Assembly (NCBI GenBank): GCA_002633005.1
Contig: NMRA01000209.1
Span: forward strand, 318,569-382,568
Direction of reading: 5' to 3'
Source of the DNA: Phoronis australis
Lineage: Eukaryota > Animalia > Phoronida
DNA: 64,000 nt
Shown: positions 38,252 through 51,084 of the stretch, one piece after another
How positions within the stretch are numbered: the first letter of the stretch is position 1
Layout of the letters: each line of letters begins with the position of its first letter
Program-made: the position numbers and the translations under genes
The notes under the pieces: model-generated
What the model saw: the letters and a program-made list of their open reading frames with translations, nothing else
Databases searched by the model: none
What the model was told of the DNA's origin: nothing

Positions 38252-38377
38252 CAGGCGATTGAATTAGATCGTCAGCGTCAACAACAATCGGTTCTTGATG
38301 AAGATCTTGAGTGACGATTCGAAAGGTCCTGTACAGTTCGATATAACCTATCTCGCATGGGTTGAAATGATCCCAAC
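38252..38377 (-). CDS. Sulfotransferase-like protein, exon 4
   Basis: Acceptor aaacag|. Encodes GWDHFNPCEIGYIELYRTF..EPIVVDADDLIQSP. Donor G|gtgact, phase 1-1. Confidence 0.88.
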
Positions 38378-41300
38378 CTGTTTTGCAAGAACAGACTTCT
38401 GACAATCAATTACGCTTGCCCTTAGCATTCCATTTAGAACTGTGAAATCAACACGTAAACACATGTATTTGAGAATACATTATATATGATCAGAGTTCAC
38501 CAATAGTTTTCATTCAACCAAGCATCTTTCCGCACTTTCTTGCTTGGACTCTAAAACCTGTTTCAAACCTATCAACTGTTGCAACTATTTTTTGAAGAGA
38601 CATACCCTCGAAACTATCACAGGCTTGGAAATGTGTGGAACCCTCTTAAAATCTGCTTCTTCGTGTGGCTATACAGTGTAGTTATGGTTGAATTTGATGT
38701 CTGTGGGATGGCAAGGTCCGCCCTTCGACTCTGCTTCGTGAAGCAGTGATTAAGAGTTTGATATGAATGGTTATTTTACATCACAGTGGAGTTAGCTAGT
38801 CGTGCAGTAGTACAGTACATACATGTAGGGTATGATAGAATCACATTAATTAGCCTACATGTAAACAGTGTCGTTTCAATAAAAAATCCCTCAAAAAACA
38901 CGTTCAGTTATGGAGTAAAACACACATCAACGTATAAGCTCTGCCTTATTCTAACAATGCCTCTTGATGCTATTCATATTGTGCAAATATGAGAGGATAT
39001 CGTCAGGTATTATCATTAAAACACAAGAAAAGCTAAATTTTAGTAATGTAGAGATCTCAGACATGGCGGAGATGTTACCAGGAATATGATTCAAAGCGTA
39101 ATCTCGTAATTTCAGAAGTTACATGTACATGTAGCTTCATTTTGTCTCGTGAACGACGTGCTTTTAGCTTCTCCGAAATTTGAAGAATGTCTTGAACGGT
39201 AAGACCTGGAAATTTATGTTAAGAGCAACGTTCTGAGCCCGCCAGTGCCAAAATTCCCCAAGTCTAAGGAACTGTTAAGCTTATTGGCTTAGTTTTTTCT
39301 AGTCACCGTGAGAAACACCTTTTGTGCAGCGGCGAATATTACCCGCAGGCAGTGTTCTATTCAGACACCTATTCAACACATCAGTTATCGGCCTTTCGTA
39401 GTTAGTGCAGTGATCTCGCAGTGACGCAATAGGGGATGAAAAGGCAAATTCATATATCATTTGAAAGGCCTACATTTAAGTGATTGAACCCGAGTTTTCA
39501 TCTTTTGCTACGGCTTTGTTAGCCAAACTTTATCGTTAGTCCAATAAATCTAATAGTCCGGGAGCCAGGGTGCTGGGTTTGACGGATAAAATATTTTTCT
39601 TTGCTGTTTCATGTAGCCTAGAATTAAGTAACCATGATTTAGGGGGTTTACCGTTCGCAACCCTTGAGCATTTTTTTAAATATGCAAGTTAAGGTCAACA
39701 TTATGCAAAATTATATTTTTGCTTATGATTTCCTTACCAAGCACTGCAAGCAGATAATTTTGACGTTTTCACCCATGTTTTGATGGTCAGCAATTTTAAT
39801 AGTGCAAGTTTTTTTGGAGGAGAAACATTGTCAATTCGTAAAACGTATGCAAATTAAAGCCGGAATTGTTCAAAATTCTTCTAGTGCTTATCACTGCGGT
39901 ACCAGGCACCACAGATGAACTATCGTAATATTTGCACCTAAATTCTTTTGGTCCATTTTCATGATATTTGAACCTATTTACCTGCTGTCAATTTGGTTAA
40001 TGAAATCAGTTTTCAAATTGCATGATAAATTTGCATGATTTATGCAAATAAAGGTGCCCGATATTAGAAATTCTGTAAACTTTCTTAAGGGGGCACTGCA
40101 CGTAGATTATTTTGATACCGGTATTTTTACTGATGAATTTAATGTAATCTGTCAATACATCATAAATATAAATAATCTGTAATTTGTTAATATACAATAA
40201 ATATTATTACAAACTCTAGTTTTGTCTGATACCCAGAGTAGATCAAATAGATGACCAAATTGTTTAATTGCATAAACCCAGGACAATAACCATTTGAATG
40301 GAGAACAATCACAAGACGTTTCAAATGCTAATTCGACAATAAGAAAGCGAGAACAGTACAGTATACCATGCCCATAATATTGCGTGAGGTAGAAAATTGA
40401 TGCTGCAACTGCATTTGCTTGAATTTCATTGAGTTTGACCACACCTAATAATCACTAATAAGCACCACGGGCGAGTTGGACGCCATGCGGAATTATAGAT
40501 GGTGAGAGCGATGTGTTTATCGCATCTTTCTTCCATACATAGTCCTCTGGACCTAGTCCTGGTGACATTCCACCACATGACCGTCTGGTAATGGGCTCTG
40601 TTTACGTATACATTCTCTTTGAATGCATCTGATGTCGGTGACAGTTTGGGGGGCGGATATATATATATCCCTTCCTGTTTTTCTTCCCCATACTAGTAGT
40701 CTGGTTCCTGACATCCTGATTCTCTTCATTCCAAAACAGGCACACGTACATTTAGTGGTCTGTTTTATGACATCAGAAAATATGCATTAAAAGTGCCGAG
40801 ACAGGTCATGTCCAGCCTTCAACACTTTCAACGCTGGATCCCTCTCCAACTCCATAGTCGCATGTCATCGTGTTACACCCCTACTGCGCATGGGCAGGGA
40901 GGAGACCTTCACAATATCACTACATGGTTCCACTGTTAACTTAATGTCTGGAACTGTTCTACGCTTACTAGGTGACTTCATGCTTATAGTATTTGAAGTT
41001 CACATGCACATGTCACGTCCTGTTGCACAACAATGAAGCCCGCTTGTTCGTGGGAAGGCTCCAGATAATAGCTGCTGCCATTGTCCTTATAATATATTAA
41101 TCGACAAGGATCTCCATCAGTGATTATCTACTTATGTTCCTAACGTACTGCTAGCCTTTGTCGAAGCCCGGTAACATTACCGGTCCAATGCTTATTGTTT
41201 CATATACATTAACTGTTCGAGAAGCAATCCTGTCATTGCCAATGTTCACTACTGCGTCTTTGGGATGAACTTTGGGATCCAATTGATCGGTATTGGTATC

Positions 41301-43059
41301 TACATGTACGTGTACTTTTGACAGATTCGTGCAATATCCTGGGCTTGAGCATCAAGACCTGCCTTACTTTCTTCCATGTGATAGGTTTTAGTGCAACATC
41401 TAAGGTTACTGCTCTCCATCTCTCCAAGACCTGTTTCAATCTTGTAGGACAAATGGCAACTTGTACCCAGAGCTTAAGAGTATCTTCTTTGAGGACAATT
41501 CCCTTCTATGGCCCCACTGCTGTATTGGCAAATCATGAATGTGGTCCCTGTAAACTGATTGCTCCAAGCCCATTCCAGCATTGGTCCAGGTCACTAAACT
41601 AATTTTACGTTGTTTCTACGGTCTGTGGGAGCGCAGAGCAATAGGGAATAACTTTTTGGAATTTAAGGTTTCAAACTACAGAGCACACACTACACAAATT
41701 ATTTTCTTACTTTATATTCAAAAAAGATTCTGAGAATGTATCGTGTTACAACATTCAAACAGATTTCATGAAATTCATTGACCACAGAAACATGGGTGCA
41801 AATAATTAATTGTAACTAACCTCTGGTGTCTAATGCAGCAGTTAAAAGCACAGGTAGAATTTTGAATATGACAGCTATAATTTGTTTAAATTGAATAATG
41901 ATGCAGAGTCATAATGACCACGAAAACATGTGATAGGTTTGAAAATAAATTATTTGTAACGCCCGTAAGGAAATTATGAGCAGAAACAGTATTTAGAATA
42001 CCGCTATACTTTATTTGTATAAATTATGCAAATTCATCATACAACAACTTTCAAACTGATTTCATTAAATTAGTTAACCAGAAAAACATATATGGAGACG
42101 TTAAAATAGTGTGCATGGGGTGTCTGGTACTTCAGCTACAAGCAAAAGTAGAATTTTGAATAATAACGGGCTTATTTTGCGTTTATTGTGTAAATTCACA
42201 ATCAGACCGGCAGCCTAGAGCACTTAGCATAGATGAACAAGGTACCAACATCTGACCACGGGAGCATTATGTACAGAAATGGACGTCTGCCGTTGTTTGC
42301 ACTATGGGTGTGACCCTTGGGGGCTTTACAAAGGGCCCAAAAATGAGCTAGACTAGATATTAGAGGTACTGGTCAAAACTGATATAAAACGAACAATAGT
42401 ACATCACTGAACACCGAATGACCCATGACACTCTGGAATGGGTCCGGCAGAAACCAAAAAGGACCCCTCAGAAGAGAGCTATCACATGCATTAAAGGTTC
42501 CACATAAAACCAATTCCATATGATTCAATCGATGTCACAGATCACTAAATGCCCTCTGACAGACAAATTACACTTTTTATTGTGCCCGCCAAAAATCTCC
42601 AAAAATCTCAACCACGGCATGCCATTAAAAATTTGAGCTAGAGTAGATTTTTGAGGTACCGGCCAAAACTGATTTAAAGCGAACAATACTACCGCACTGA
42701 AAAATGAATGACCCATGACAGACAAATGGCAATCTGGAATGGGTCCGGCAGAAACCAAAAAGGACCCCCCAAATGAGATAGCACATACATTCGACGTACC
42801 ACACCAAACCAATGTCATGATGTTCAGCACAAGTCAGAAGTCACTACATGTAAATGCCCTATGACAGACAAAATACACACTGGATTGTGCCTGGCAGAAA
42901 CCCTCAAATATCTCAACCACAGTATGTTATCGAAACTTTGAGGTACATTAGATACCCGAGGTAACGGCTAAAACTGTCTTAAAATCAATAATCATGCCAC
43001 ACCAGATGACCCGTGACAGACAATAAATTGTGCTCTGGAAGGCGTCCGCCAGAAACTCA

Positions 43060-44092
43060 AATAGTCATTTTGCGAGTTTATATCGCGAGATTATGAGACT
43101 TAACTGTGACGTCACGGGAAGTGGGGCAAAATCTTGTCGTTTGGCCATTTGTCCAATACGGTAGCAGAGTGTAGTCTGTTGTTTACTTCGAGTTTTTAAC
43201 CGTTTAGTTCGAAAAATGCCAAACTAGCATTGTTGTTATAACAAATGAATCTTCAGATTCGTACTGCAATACGCTTTATCGCGTTCTGTACTAATTTCGT
43301 CCCATGTATGTTAAACAGGCGGTAGACGAAAGCCGCTACACCTACATTGTAAACTTATCACCTAAATCGGCGCTTACTTTCTTCACTGGTCCTTTCTGCT
43401 TCTAAACATATCTTCGATGAAGCATACCTACGGGAATTCAGATGACTTTGGCCAAAAATTCGACCTCCACTTGGTGGTTACTGTTAGCTTTGACCGCGCG
43501 CGCGATAACCACAGAGTACATGTATTTCATCTGAGTTAGTTGAGCATGAGGCAAAGGCTAGACTGAACAAAGCAAGTGAACTGGCTTGTGACACTTGCAA
43601 AATTGCATGAGAAAATATCAAGTGAAATTTGTAAGTTTTGTGTCCCTTGGACTTTTTGTTCGTAAACAAGCTTGACTTCACGCAACTTCCTCAGAGTATG
43701 TGCTAATTATAACTCCATGTACACATATACATGTTTCATTTGATTTTATTTGCTGTATTTTGAAGTGAGTAAATTTTTATCGGGAAATACTATCGCCCCT
43801 GTATGTCTGGGGCATTCAGGCCTAGACAGGGTTGAGTTCCAATTTCAATCCGTTCACAGCTTCGCACAACATATCAAGTTCACGTTTTCTTCGTCAATTC
43901 ACAGTTATTCCACGATCCATCTACTATCTCTTAAGTTGAGTTAACGTTTTAAGCGTAGAATTCACCATAAGAACTCCAGTAAGGTTTAGCGTGTGTAGCA
44001 AAGACTCAGGGTAAAACAAGAGCAATATCGCAGGTTTTTCCCTCCTTCCGGTGACGTTACATTGACTTACTAGAAACTCGCATGTGAGCTAT
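43060..44092. mobile_element. AATAG...CTATT MITE inserted into the left subterminal repeats of the inner Academ
   Basis: Imperfect TIRs (aaatagtcattttgcgagttt / aaactcgcatgtgagctattt). The Academ repeat resumes at 44094. An inverted relative lies at ~45485-46152. Confidence 0.5.
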
Positions 44093-47000
44093 TTACACCA
44101 CTTGGGGTACCACAATAAACAATTCCATGTGATTCAAATAGATGTTACTGGTTACCAAATACCCTATGACAGTTAAAACCCACACTGGGTTGTGCTCGCC
44201 AGCCCCAGAAATCACAACTACCTGTAAGTAATTTTGAAAACATATGACTTATTAGATAATTAGTTAACTTTATACGTTTGCGTCTACTGAGCTCTCACAC
44301 TTGTTGTTAAATGGATGATGGCGGAGAGTAGGCATTTTGGAAGCATTTTGGAAAGTACCTGATAACAGTAAAACTTTGGGATAACAGGAACTGTCTAAAA
44401 CCAACCTACTCAGTGAAGTTTAAGAACGCGGATTGTCTAAAATATAAAACGCTAACAAATTTATCAACTGTAAAGATACGTCAGCGACTACACACTGCCA
44501 TTAAATTTGCGCTAGATCGAGGAACCACGAAAATTATTTCCAAAGAGCCCTATCATCCCATTGACTACGAAACAATACCTTAAAAGAAAAGTAACAGACG
44601 TATTTTTAAAAACCTTCTTTAGTCAAAATAAAGTACATGAAATAGTCAGAACAACACTGTCTTTCAAACAGCATAGTAACAGATAATCCACGAGAACATC
44701 AAGCTACTATATGTTTAATGTCAACAGCAGTTTCCTTTTAGTTTTAATACGTTTCAATATCAGATTCGTCACTGCTACTCCAGTTTGATTCCCATTTCCT
44801 CTACCACTTGATCGGCTTGGTTTTGTTGTAAAAGACCAGCACCTTAAAAAGGACATCAGGAACGGCAGATCCACAAAACTATTCGGGAGTGCAGTATCCA
44901 TCTTGTATCTTCCAACCGTAGGTAAGAGGATCCAAACCGTTTCTCCCAGGCCGGCCGAATCCACTTGACCCCAGAGCGAGCCAACATAATGGGCTCGTTT
45001 GGGCGTGTTCAATAGCGGATTTGCAGCGCAAACGAACTACGCATTGCACATGTGCGAGTTACTTCCTGCGCGAAGGCTCATGGGATAGCTTGTGGTCAGG
45101 CATGTCTTGAGCAGGCTGTATAGTGTGTGCATTTGGAGTGATTTGCAAACTGAAAACCATGTTTCATTCTTTTGCTTTATAATACCAAGCAAGTCCTCTC
45201 TCTCGTTTGTAAACACAGCGTAGGTACGTTCAGTGATCGTGTGACCGAGGGCACGACTGTCGTCATGTTCAGTATTGGGACTATCTGCGTTGATTTTGAA
45301 ACCCCCTCCGGTTTCAGACAAGTTGAGAGTTCTTGGGTTGCTTAACTTTTGTAGCTTTCGCCGTGAATATGCTAGACACATTAATTTTAAGAGGAAACTC
45401 CGTCGGAATGTTGTTCTCATATGTCTTTTTTCCACCAGGAAAATGTTCAATGCACACACGATGGCCCCTAGGCAATTACATCGCACTGGATGCCGCAGGC
45501 ATTCAGGGGCGATAGTACATCCTCACAAAAAGTTACTCATTTCAAAATACAGCAAATAAAATCAAATGAACCATATATATAGGAACACGGAGTTATAATT
45601 AACACATACCACGACTCTGGATACAATTTAGTCAGCAAAACTTGAACAAATCGATGAAAATCTGTCGCGGTTTGCTCGAGTTTCTCTCAGTTCCCGGGTG
45701 CCATTTTGATGAAGTTACGTGAAATTACGCATGTTGACAAATAAAAAGTCCAAGGGACACACATCTTACAAGTTTCACCCCTAGCGTCACCCGCTAGCGT
45801 CAGGCGCTTCGCGCAATCTCGCGCTAACGTTTGCCTATCCCACGTAATTCATTTAACATGCTTTGTGGTTATCGCGCCCACGGTGATAAAATCAACGGCA
45901 CCCAAAAATGTGGAGTTGGAATTCTTCGCCAAAGTCAACTTAATTCTCACAACTAAGCTTCATCAAAGATATGTATAGAAGTAGAAAGGACCAATGATGA
46001 AAGTAAGCGTCTTTTTAAATGATAGTTTTAAGTGTAGAATGTATTTTTTACGACATGAAAACTCGAAATCGGTAACCCAAATCCGGTCACGGCCCGTTTA
46101 AAATACACTGAAGTAACGAAATGAGTACAGAAAGCGAATGGAAGTATTGTAGCCCCTATATGGCCAACCGTGGGGCTACGGGTTGCCCACTAGATGGCCC
46201 CGCGTTGGTTTGAATGCGCTAAATCTCCCCTGACTCCTAGCTCTCCTAATGTTGTTAATCCATTTTTCAGGAAGTTCTTGGTTTGCAGGGAACACATAAA
46301 AACTCAGATTTTTATCTCTCTTGTTGTTTTTGAAGCAGCCAGGAACACAACAAGTGGATACCGCTGAGGAACAAAAACATAAAACACAAACACCATTTAC
46401 TGTTTTTTTTTTAAGTATGACGTGAAACTGGGCCTTTTGGTCTAATACTATGAAAACATTTGAAAATTTTTCCGTTGCTTTTATAAACTATATTTTATCA
46501 GTTACAGTTATTACCTTGTTTATTTTCCTATCATCTCGATTAATTTCTCGATTAATATCTTCCTTCGTTGACCTCTTTGACTCCTCCCTTCACTAAATAG
46601 GAGGCATTTGTATTCTTCTAACTTCCTTTCGTCTGGACATCTACGCTTGTTAACTCTGCGAAGAAGCTGATTAGTGTCCCAGATGAATCTTTCACCAGGA
46701 TTTCCAGAGGCCTCACTTTCCCTATACAGTGCCTGTGACGTCACACCCTGTCACTACATGCAGACCAGGCAATGCTGCAGCGAGACCATGTTGTATAGAC
46801 TCTAAAGTCTGAACCATAGCTGTAACGTCTATACGTCAGCGGATATTACCAGATCCACACTCCATTATTACTCGCTCGAAAGGTATTTCTCTGTTGCTCT
46901 TCACTTGTCGTGCGGTCATTGCGATGACAGTTACAATAACACTCTTGTCGAGAAGCCCTGATCAATGCATTGCCATTTGAGTTGGCTACTGTAAGTGGAA

Positions 47001-49229
47001 GGCATGAAGAGTAACGGCTTCTTCGTGGGAGCCTTGAAGATCTGGTGGATGATCAGCTGCCCTGGTACTGCTGTTAGAAAGGCAAATGCAGTTGTCGCCA
47101 TGTGAGACAAGTGTTTTCTTCCCAAGAATTGATCCATATCAGTCTTTCTGCCATTCTTGTAGGAGGAGGGTTGCCAAACTGTCTTAAAATGTCCCGTTCT
47201 GCAACAATTTTTGACAAGTCCTGTCTGGATGTTTACTCTGGGCCATCGATGACGAAAGGTTCGTCTACAGCGCCACACAATTTCCGTCCGCTACTGTACA
47301 GCGAGAGCGTTTTGTATGTATCAAATAAGACATGGACCTCCTTACTTGAGTTCGCACAGACGTAGGCTAGAAGGCAAGATTTTCATAAGATACGATGGTT
47401 CCACTTGAAGGCAGAAACGAATGCAGCAAGAGTCCCCCATGTATTAAGGTCACGTCAATCAATGGAACAAGTGTTCCTGAGAAGCCTCCTTGGAAACCAT
47501 CAAGTTTACCTAGCAACTTGCTTTTTCTGTCTTGATCATGGATCCGTCAGAGTGTGCAATGGACAGTGGGTACTGCGTAATTGGAAATATCATCACATAC
47601 CTCATGTCAAAAACTGAAGTTTCCGAAATGATAACTAGTAAACGAATGAAAACGTCTCGAAGGCTCTCAGCTGTTGACTTGTCCTTGCCCAGAGGCTGCT
47701 TCTTGTTTATGCTTTTTGTGGGAATGTTGTGCACTTTTCGTCTTCTAATTGGCTTTAAAAACCTCTGTTGATCAGTTGAACACTGGTCTTGGAATTCCAG
47801 TTAGAGTTTGCGTCCAGCATCAAGGCACCCGGTTAAGTATTGTTTGGTTTCCTGTTCGACTGCTTTACCAGCAGCAGTATTCTGCAAATAGTCCGATGTT
47901 GCTGCTGTTTCTCAAAAGGGTCAAAGGAATTTGAAATTGCAATCATCAGTTGGTCTTTTTTGTCATGGGTATCTTTTTCAATTCCTCGTAGATGCATTGC
48001 TGGTTCATCTTCAGACTGTAGTCATGCCAGATACCTCAACTCCGTAACAGACATTCCTCGCTTAGTTGATGTAATGCACCATCTTCTAATGGCAGAGTTG
48101 GAATTGTGAGAATTCCTAATTCCTTTCATACGAGGGTCGTTCAATACGTTCTCGGCCTCACCAAGAAAACAGGGACGCAGGTTAATTTCTTTCACACCAT
48201 AGTAAAATTTCATATTTTATAAACTCGTAATTCCTTTCATAGGTGAAGCTGCGTCTCCCTTAACGGTTTTTTCAAGCGTTAAATCTATTGCTGACCTTGA
48301 ATTTTTTTGATGGTGCTTCTAACCGAGAACGCCCCTGATTCCAGAGTCATTCGAGTTTGCGGTGCGACGTTTTTGAGCTGGTCTAGGAAAAGACAATCTC
48401 AGCGAGCGTAATAAGGTCGATCCAGAACAAAAAAATTGTCGATGAGGCCTGGGAGTACTTCTACGTACTTTAATAAAGTTTGCGCGCAAAGCACGCGTCA
48501 GATTCCTGTGGAGATGATTAATCATGTATACAGTACATACATGTACAGTCCTCAGAACTTCGCAGTTGGGCCGAGATTTCCCCACAGTACGTCTCTAAAG
48601 AATGAACTGTACTCAGCCATTTGACTTTGAAATGTTGAATGTGTTTTCAAGAACTCTTCTTGTCTGTCTCAAAGAGATGTGGTGAATTAATCACCTCACC
48701 TACTACCCCTTGTTACCAAAAAACGTCGTTGTTTGTATATATATTTAAATAGCGATGGGACTCCACCGCGTGGCTGCGCACCAAATTAGGGGTGATTTGC
48801 ATTTTATCACGGAGGACATTATATCGGCCATTGACAAATGACTCCGCGAAACTAGAGCATTGAAAGCACGATACACTACACTGAATTTCGACATCATGTA
48901 AAATTTCTTTAAAAAATTACCACTAGGCGAGTTCACGGTCTTACATCTTTACACCTGTCTGCTATTCGATTGTTGTGATAGCATCATGAGAGTAAACACA
49001 GGCTTTAGTGAACGAAAGTTTTCGATAAGTATTTTTTCCTGCGGTCTCGCTTTTTGCAGTTTACTTAAATGCACCACTTTTGTCACCAATTGAGAATATG
49101 TGTACTTCGATTTCCCTGGTGCGATTTTTAACATCTTGTTGTCTAGTTGTTTGGGTTTCCCACCCGAGTACATGTACTTGAACCACATGTAGCAAGGGGA
49201 AGCTGCATGGACAATTGTAGCTCCATTAT

Positions 49230-50260
49230 TTAAGGTCCTTTCTTGGTTTCTGGCCGACTAATTCCAGAGTAAAAGTTGTCTTTCAAGGGTCATTAGGTGC
49301 TCAGTGCAGCACGATTGTTGGTTTTAAATCAGTTTAAGCCGATACCTAGAAGATCTAAATGCCTCAAAAAATGGCATACGGTGGTTGAGATTTTTCAGGG
49401 TTTCTGCCAGGCACAATCTACAGTGCATTTTGTCTGCCGGTCATAGGGCATTCAGTGACCTGGGACATGTACATGCATTCAATTTCATGTAATTGGTTTT
49501 TTGAGGTACCTCGGATGTATGTGCTACCTCAATTTTGGGGGGTCTTTTTTGGTTTTTGCCGGACGCATTCCACAGTGCAATATGTCTGTCATGGGTCATC
49601 CAATGTTCAGTGCGGTACTAATGTTCACTTTAAATCAGTTTTGGCCGATACCTCGATTATCTAGTCTAGCTCAAATTTTTGATGGCATACCGTGGTTGAG
49701 ATTTTTTGGGGTTTCTGCCGGGCCCAATCGAGAATGTAATTTGTGTGTCATAGGGCATTTAGTGATCTGTGACATGTATTGAATCTTATGGAATGGGTAT
49801 TGTGCGGTACCTCGAATGTATTTTGCTAGCTCATTTTTGGGGAATCTTTTTGGTTTCTGCCGGACCCATTCCAGAGTGCAATTTGTCTGCCATGGGTCAT
49901 TTGGTGTTCAGTGCGGTACTATTGTTTGGCCAATACCTCGAAAATCTAGTTTAGCTCAATTTTTATGGCATACCGTGGTTGAGATTTTTGGGAGGTTCTG
50001 CCGGGCACAACCCAAAGTGTATTTTGTCTGTCATAGGGTTTTAATGACCTGTGACATGTATTGAATCACATCGAGTTGTTTTTGTGGCACCTCGAATGTA
50101 TGTGCTAGTTCATTTTTGGGGTCCTTTTTTGGTTTCTGCCGGATTTATTCCAGAGTGCAGTTTGTCTGTCATGGGTCATTTGGTGTTCAGTGCGGTACTA
50201 TTGTTCGTTTTAAATCAGTTATGGCCGTTACCTCGAATATCTAGTCTAGCTCATTTCTAG
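49230..50260 (+). repeat. ~300-bp tandem subterminal repeats of the inner Academ (inverted copies at 42340-43060)
   Basis: gtgatctgtgacatgtattgaatc-like anchors at ~49455, 49761 and 50044. These produce the repetitive GPIPECNLSVMGH pseudo-ORFs. Confidence 0.8.
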
Positions 50261-50925
50261 GCCCTTTGTAAGGCCCTAAGGGGTCACACCCAGAAGGCAG
50301 ACAACGGCAGACGTCCATTTCTGTATATACTGAGGTGGACTCTAATTGCTCCCGTGGTCAGATATTGTTACCTCGTTCATCTATGCTAAGTGCTCGGGGC
50401 TGGCGGTCTAAATGTATCCACCACCAAACAACATGCAAACTTATATCATTTAACTACTTGACCATAGGTAAGTAAATGCAAATATCATGATAATTCACCT
50501 ATGGTTATTGGTAGCATAGCTATTAGAACAAGTAAAATTTTGAATAATGGTGGTCTTAATTTGCATAAATTATTCAAATTCACTACGTGTCCCCCACACT
50601 TTGCACTACTCAATTCGCAGGCCATGGAAACACAGGTGAAAACATCAACATAATCTGCTTGCATCACTTAAGAAGGAAACTATAAGCAAAACAGAATTTT
50701 GCACATCGGCGGCCTTAATTTGCATATTTAGAAAATGCTCACGGGTTGCTAAGGTCACCCCCTAAATCATGATTACCTATACCTACGCTTCTTAAAACAG
50801 CAAAGGAAAAAATTATCCAGCAAATCCAGGTTAAGTACAAAAACAGCATTTGGATCCCGGACTATAAAATTGAAGTTGCACAAATACTCTTTAGTATTAT
50901 AGGAGCATGGCTTCCCCGTCCAAAC

Positions 50926-51084
50926 CTGTCAACTGATGATCACATGACATCTTATAAAGGGATTTCACTGATTTACGAGGGTCCCTGATGATGAACGTGT
51001 GGCGGTAATTGGCGGGAAGCCAGTCAGCAGACAATCTATTCTTGAGGTAATAAGCCATATCTTTGATGAAAACCTCTTGATAAT
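50926..51084 (-). CDS. Sulfotransferase-like protein, exon 3 (absent from the ORF track)
   Basis: Acceptor ctgtttcag|AT. Encodes DYQEVFIKDMAYYLKNRLSADWLPANYRHTFIIRDPRKSVKSLYKMSCDHQLT (KDMAY and HTFIIRDP..S motifs). Donor G|gtttgg. Confidence 0.9.

Larger units (their letters stand above)
42203..50410 (-). mobile_element. Academ DNA transposon (inner), nested, with long repeat-bearing TIRs
   Basis: AAT|CAGACCGGCAGCC ... GGCTGGCGGTCTA|AAT (3-bp TSD). Minus-strand remnants LQGSHEEAVTLHAFH and LAAALPGLHVVTGCDVT/GKVRPLEIL (XPG-like nuclease region) at 46690-47050. Confidence 0.82.
39554..50864 (-). mobile_element. Academ DNA transposon (outer), decayed
   Basis: TAA|TAGTCCGGGA ... TCCCGGACTA|TAA (3-bp TSD) with ~170-bp imperfect TIRs. 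Minus-strand remnants SHEQAGFIVVQQ, LPAHA*GCNTMTCDYGVG, and PTSDAFKENV..RAHYQTVMW at 40500-41100. Confidence 0.8.

Noticed and set aside
46184-46200. CTCF-like motif TGCCCACTAGATGGCCC (similar ones at ~52162 and ~60043)
   Set aside because: Single motif matches inside repeats cannot be supported without binding data.
49455-50260. Family of small similar ORFs (GPIPECNLSVMGH), also at 42525 and 59615
   Set aside because: They are frames across non-coding ~300-bp subterminal repeats, and the frame is not conserved between units.
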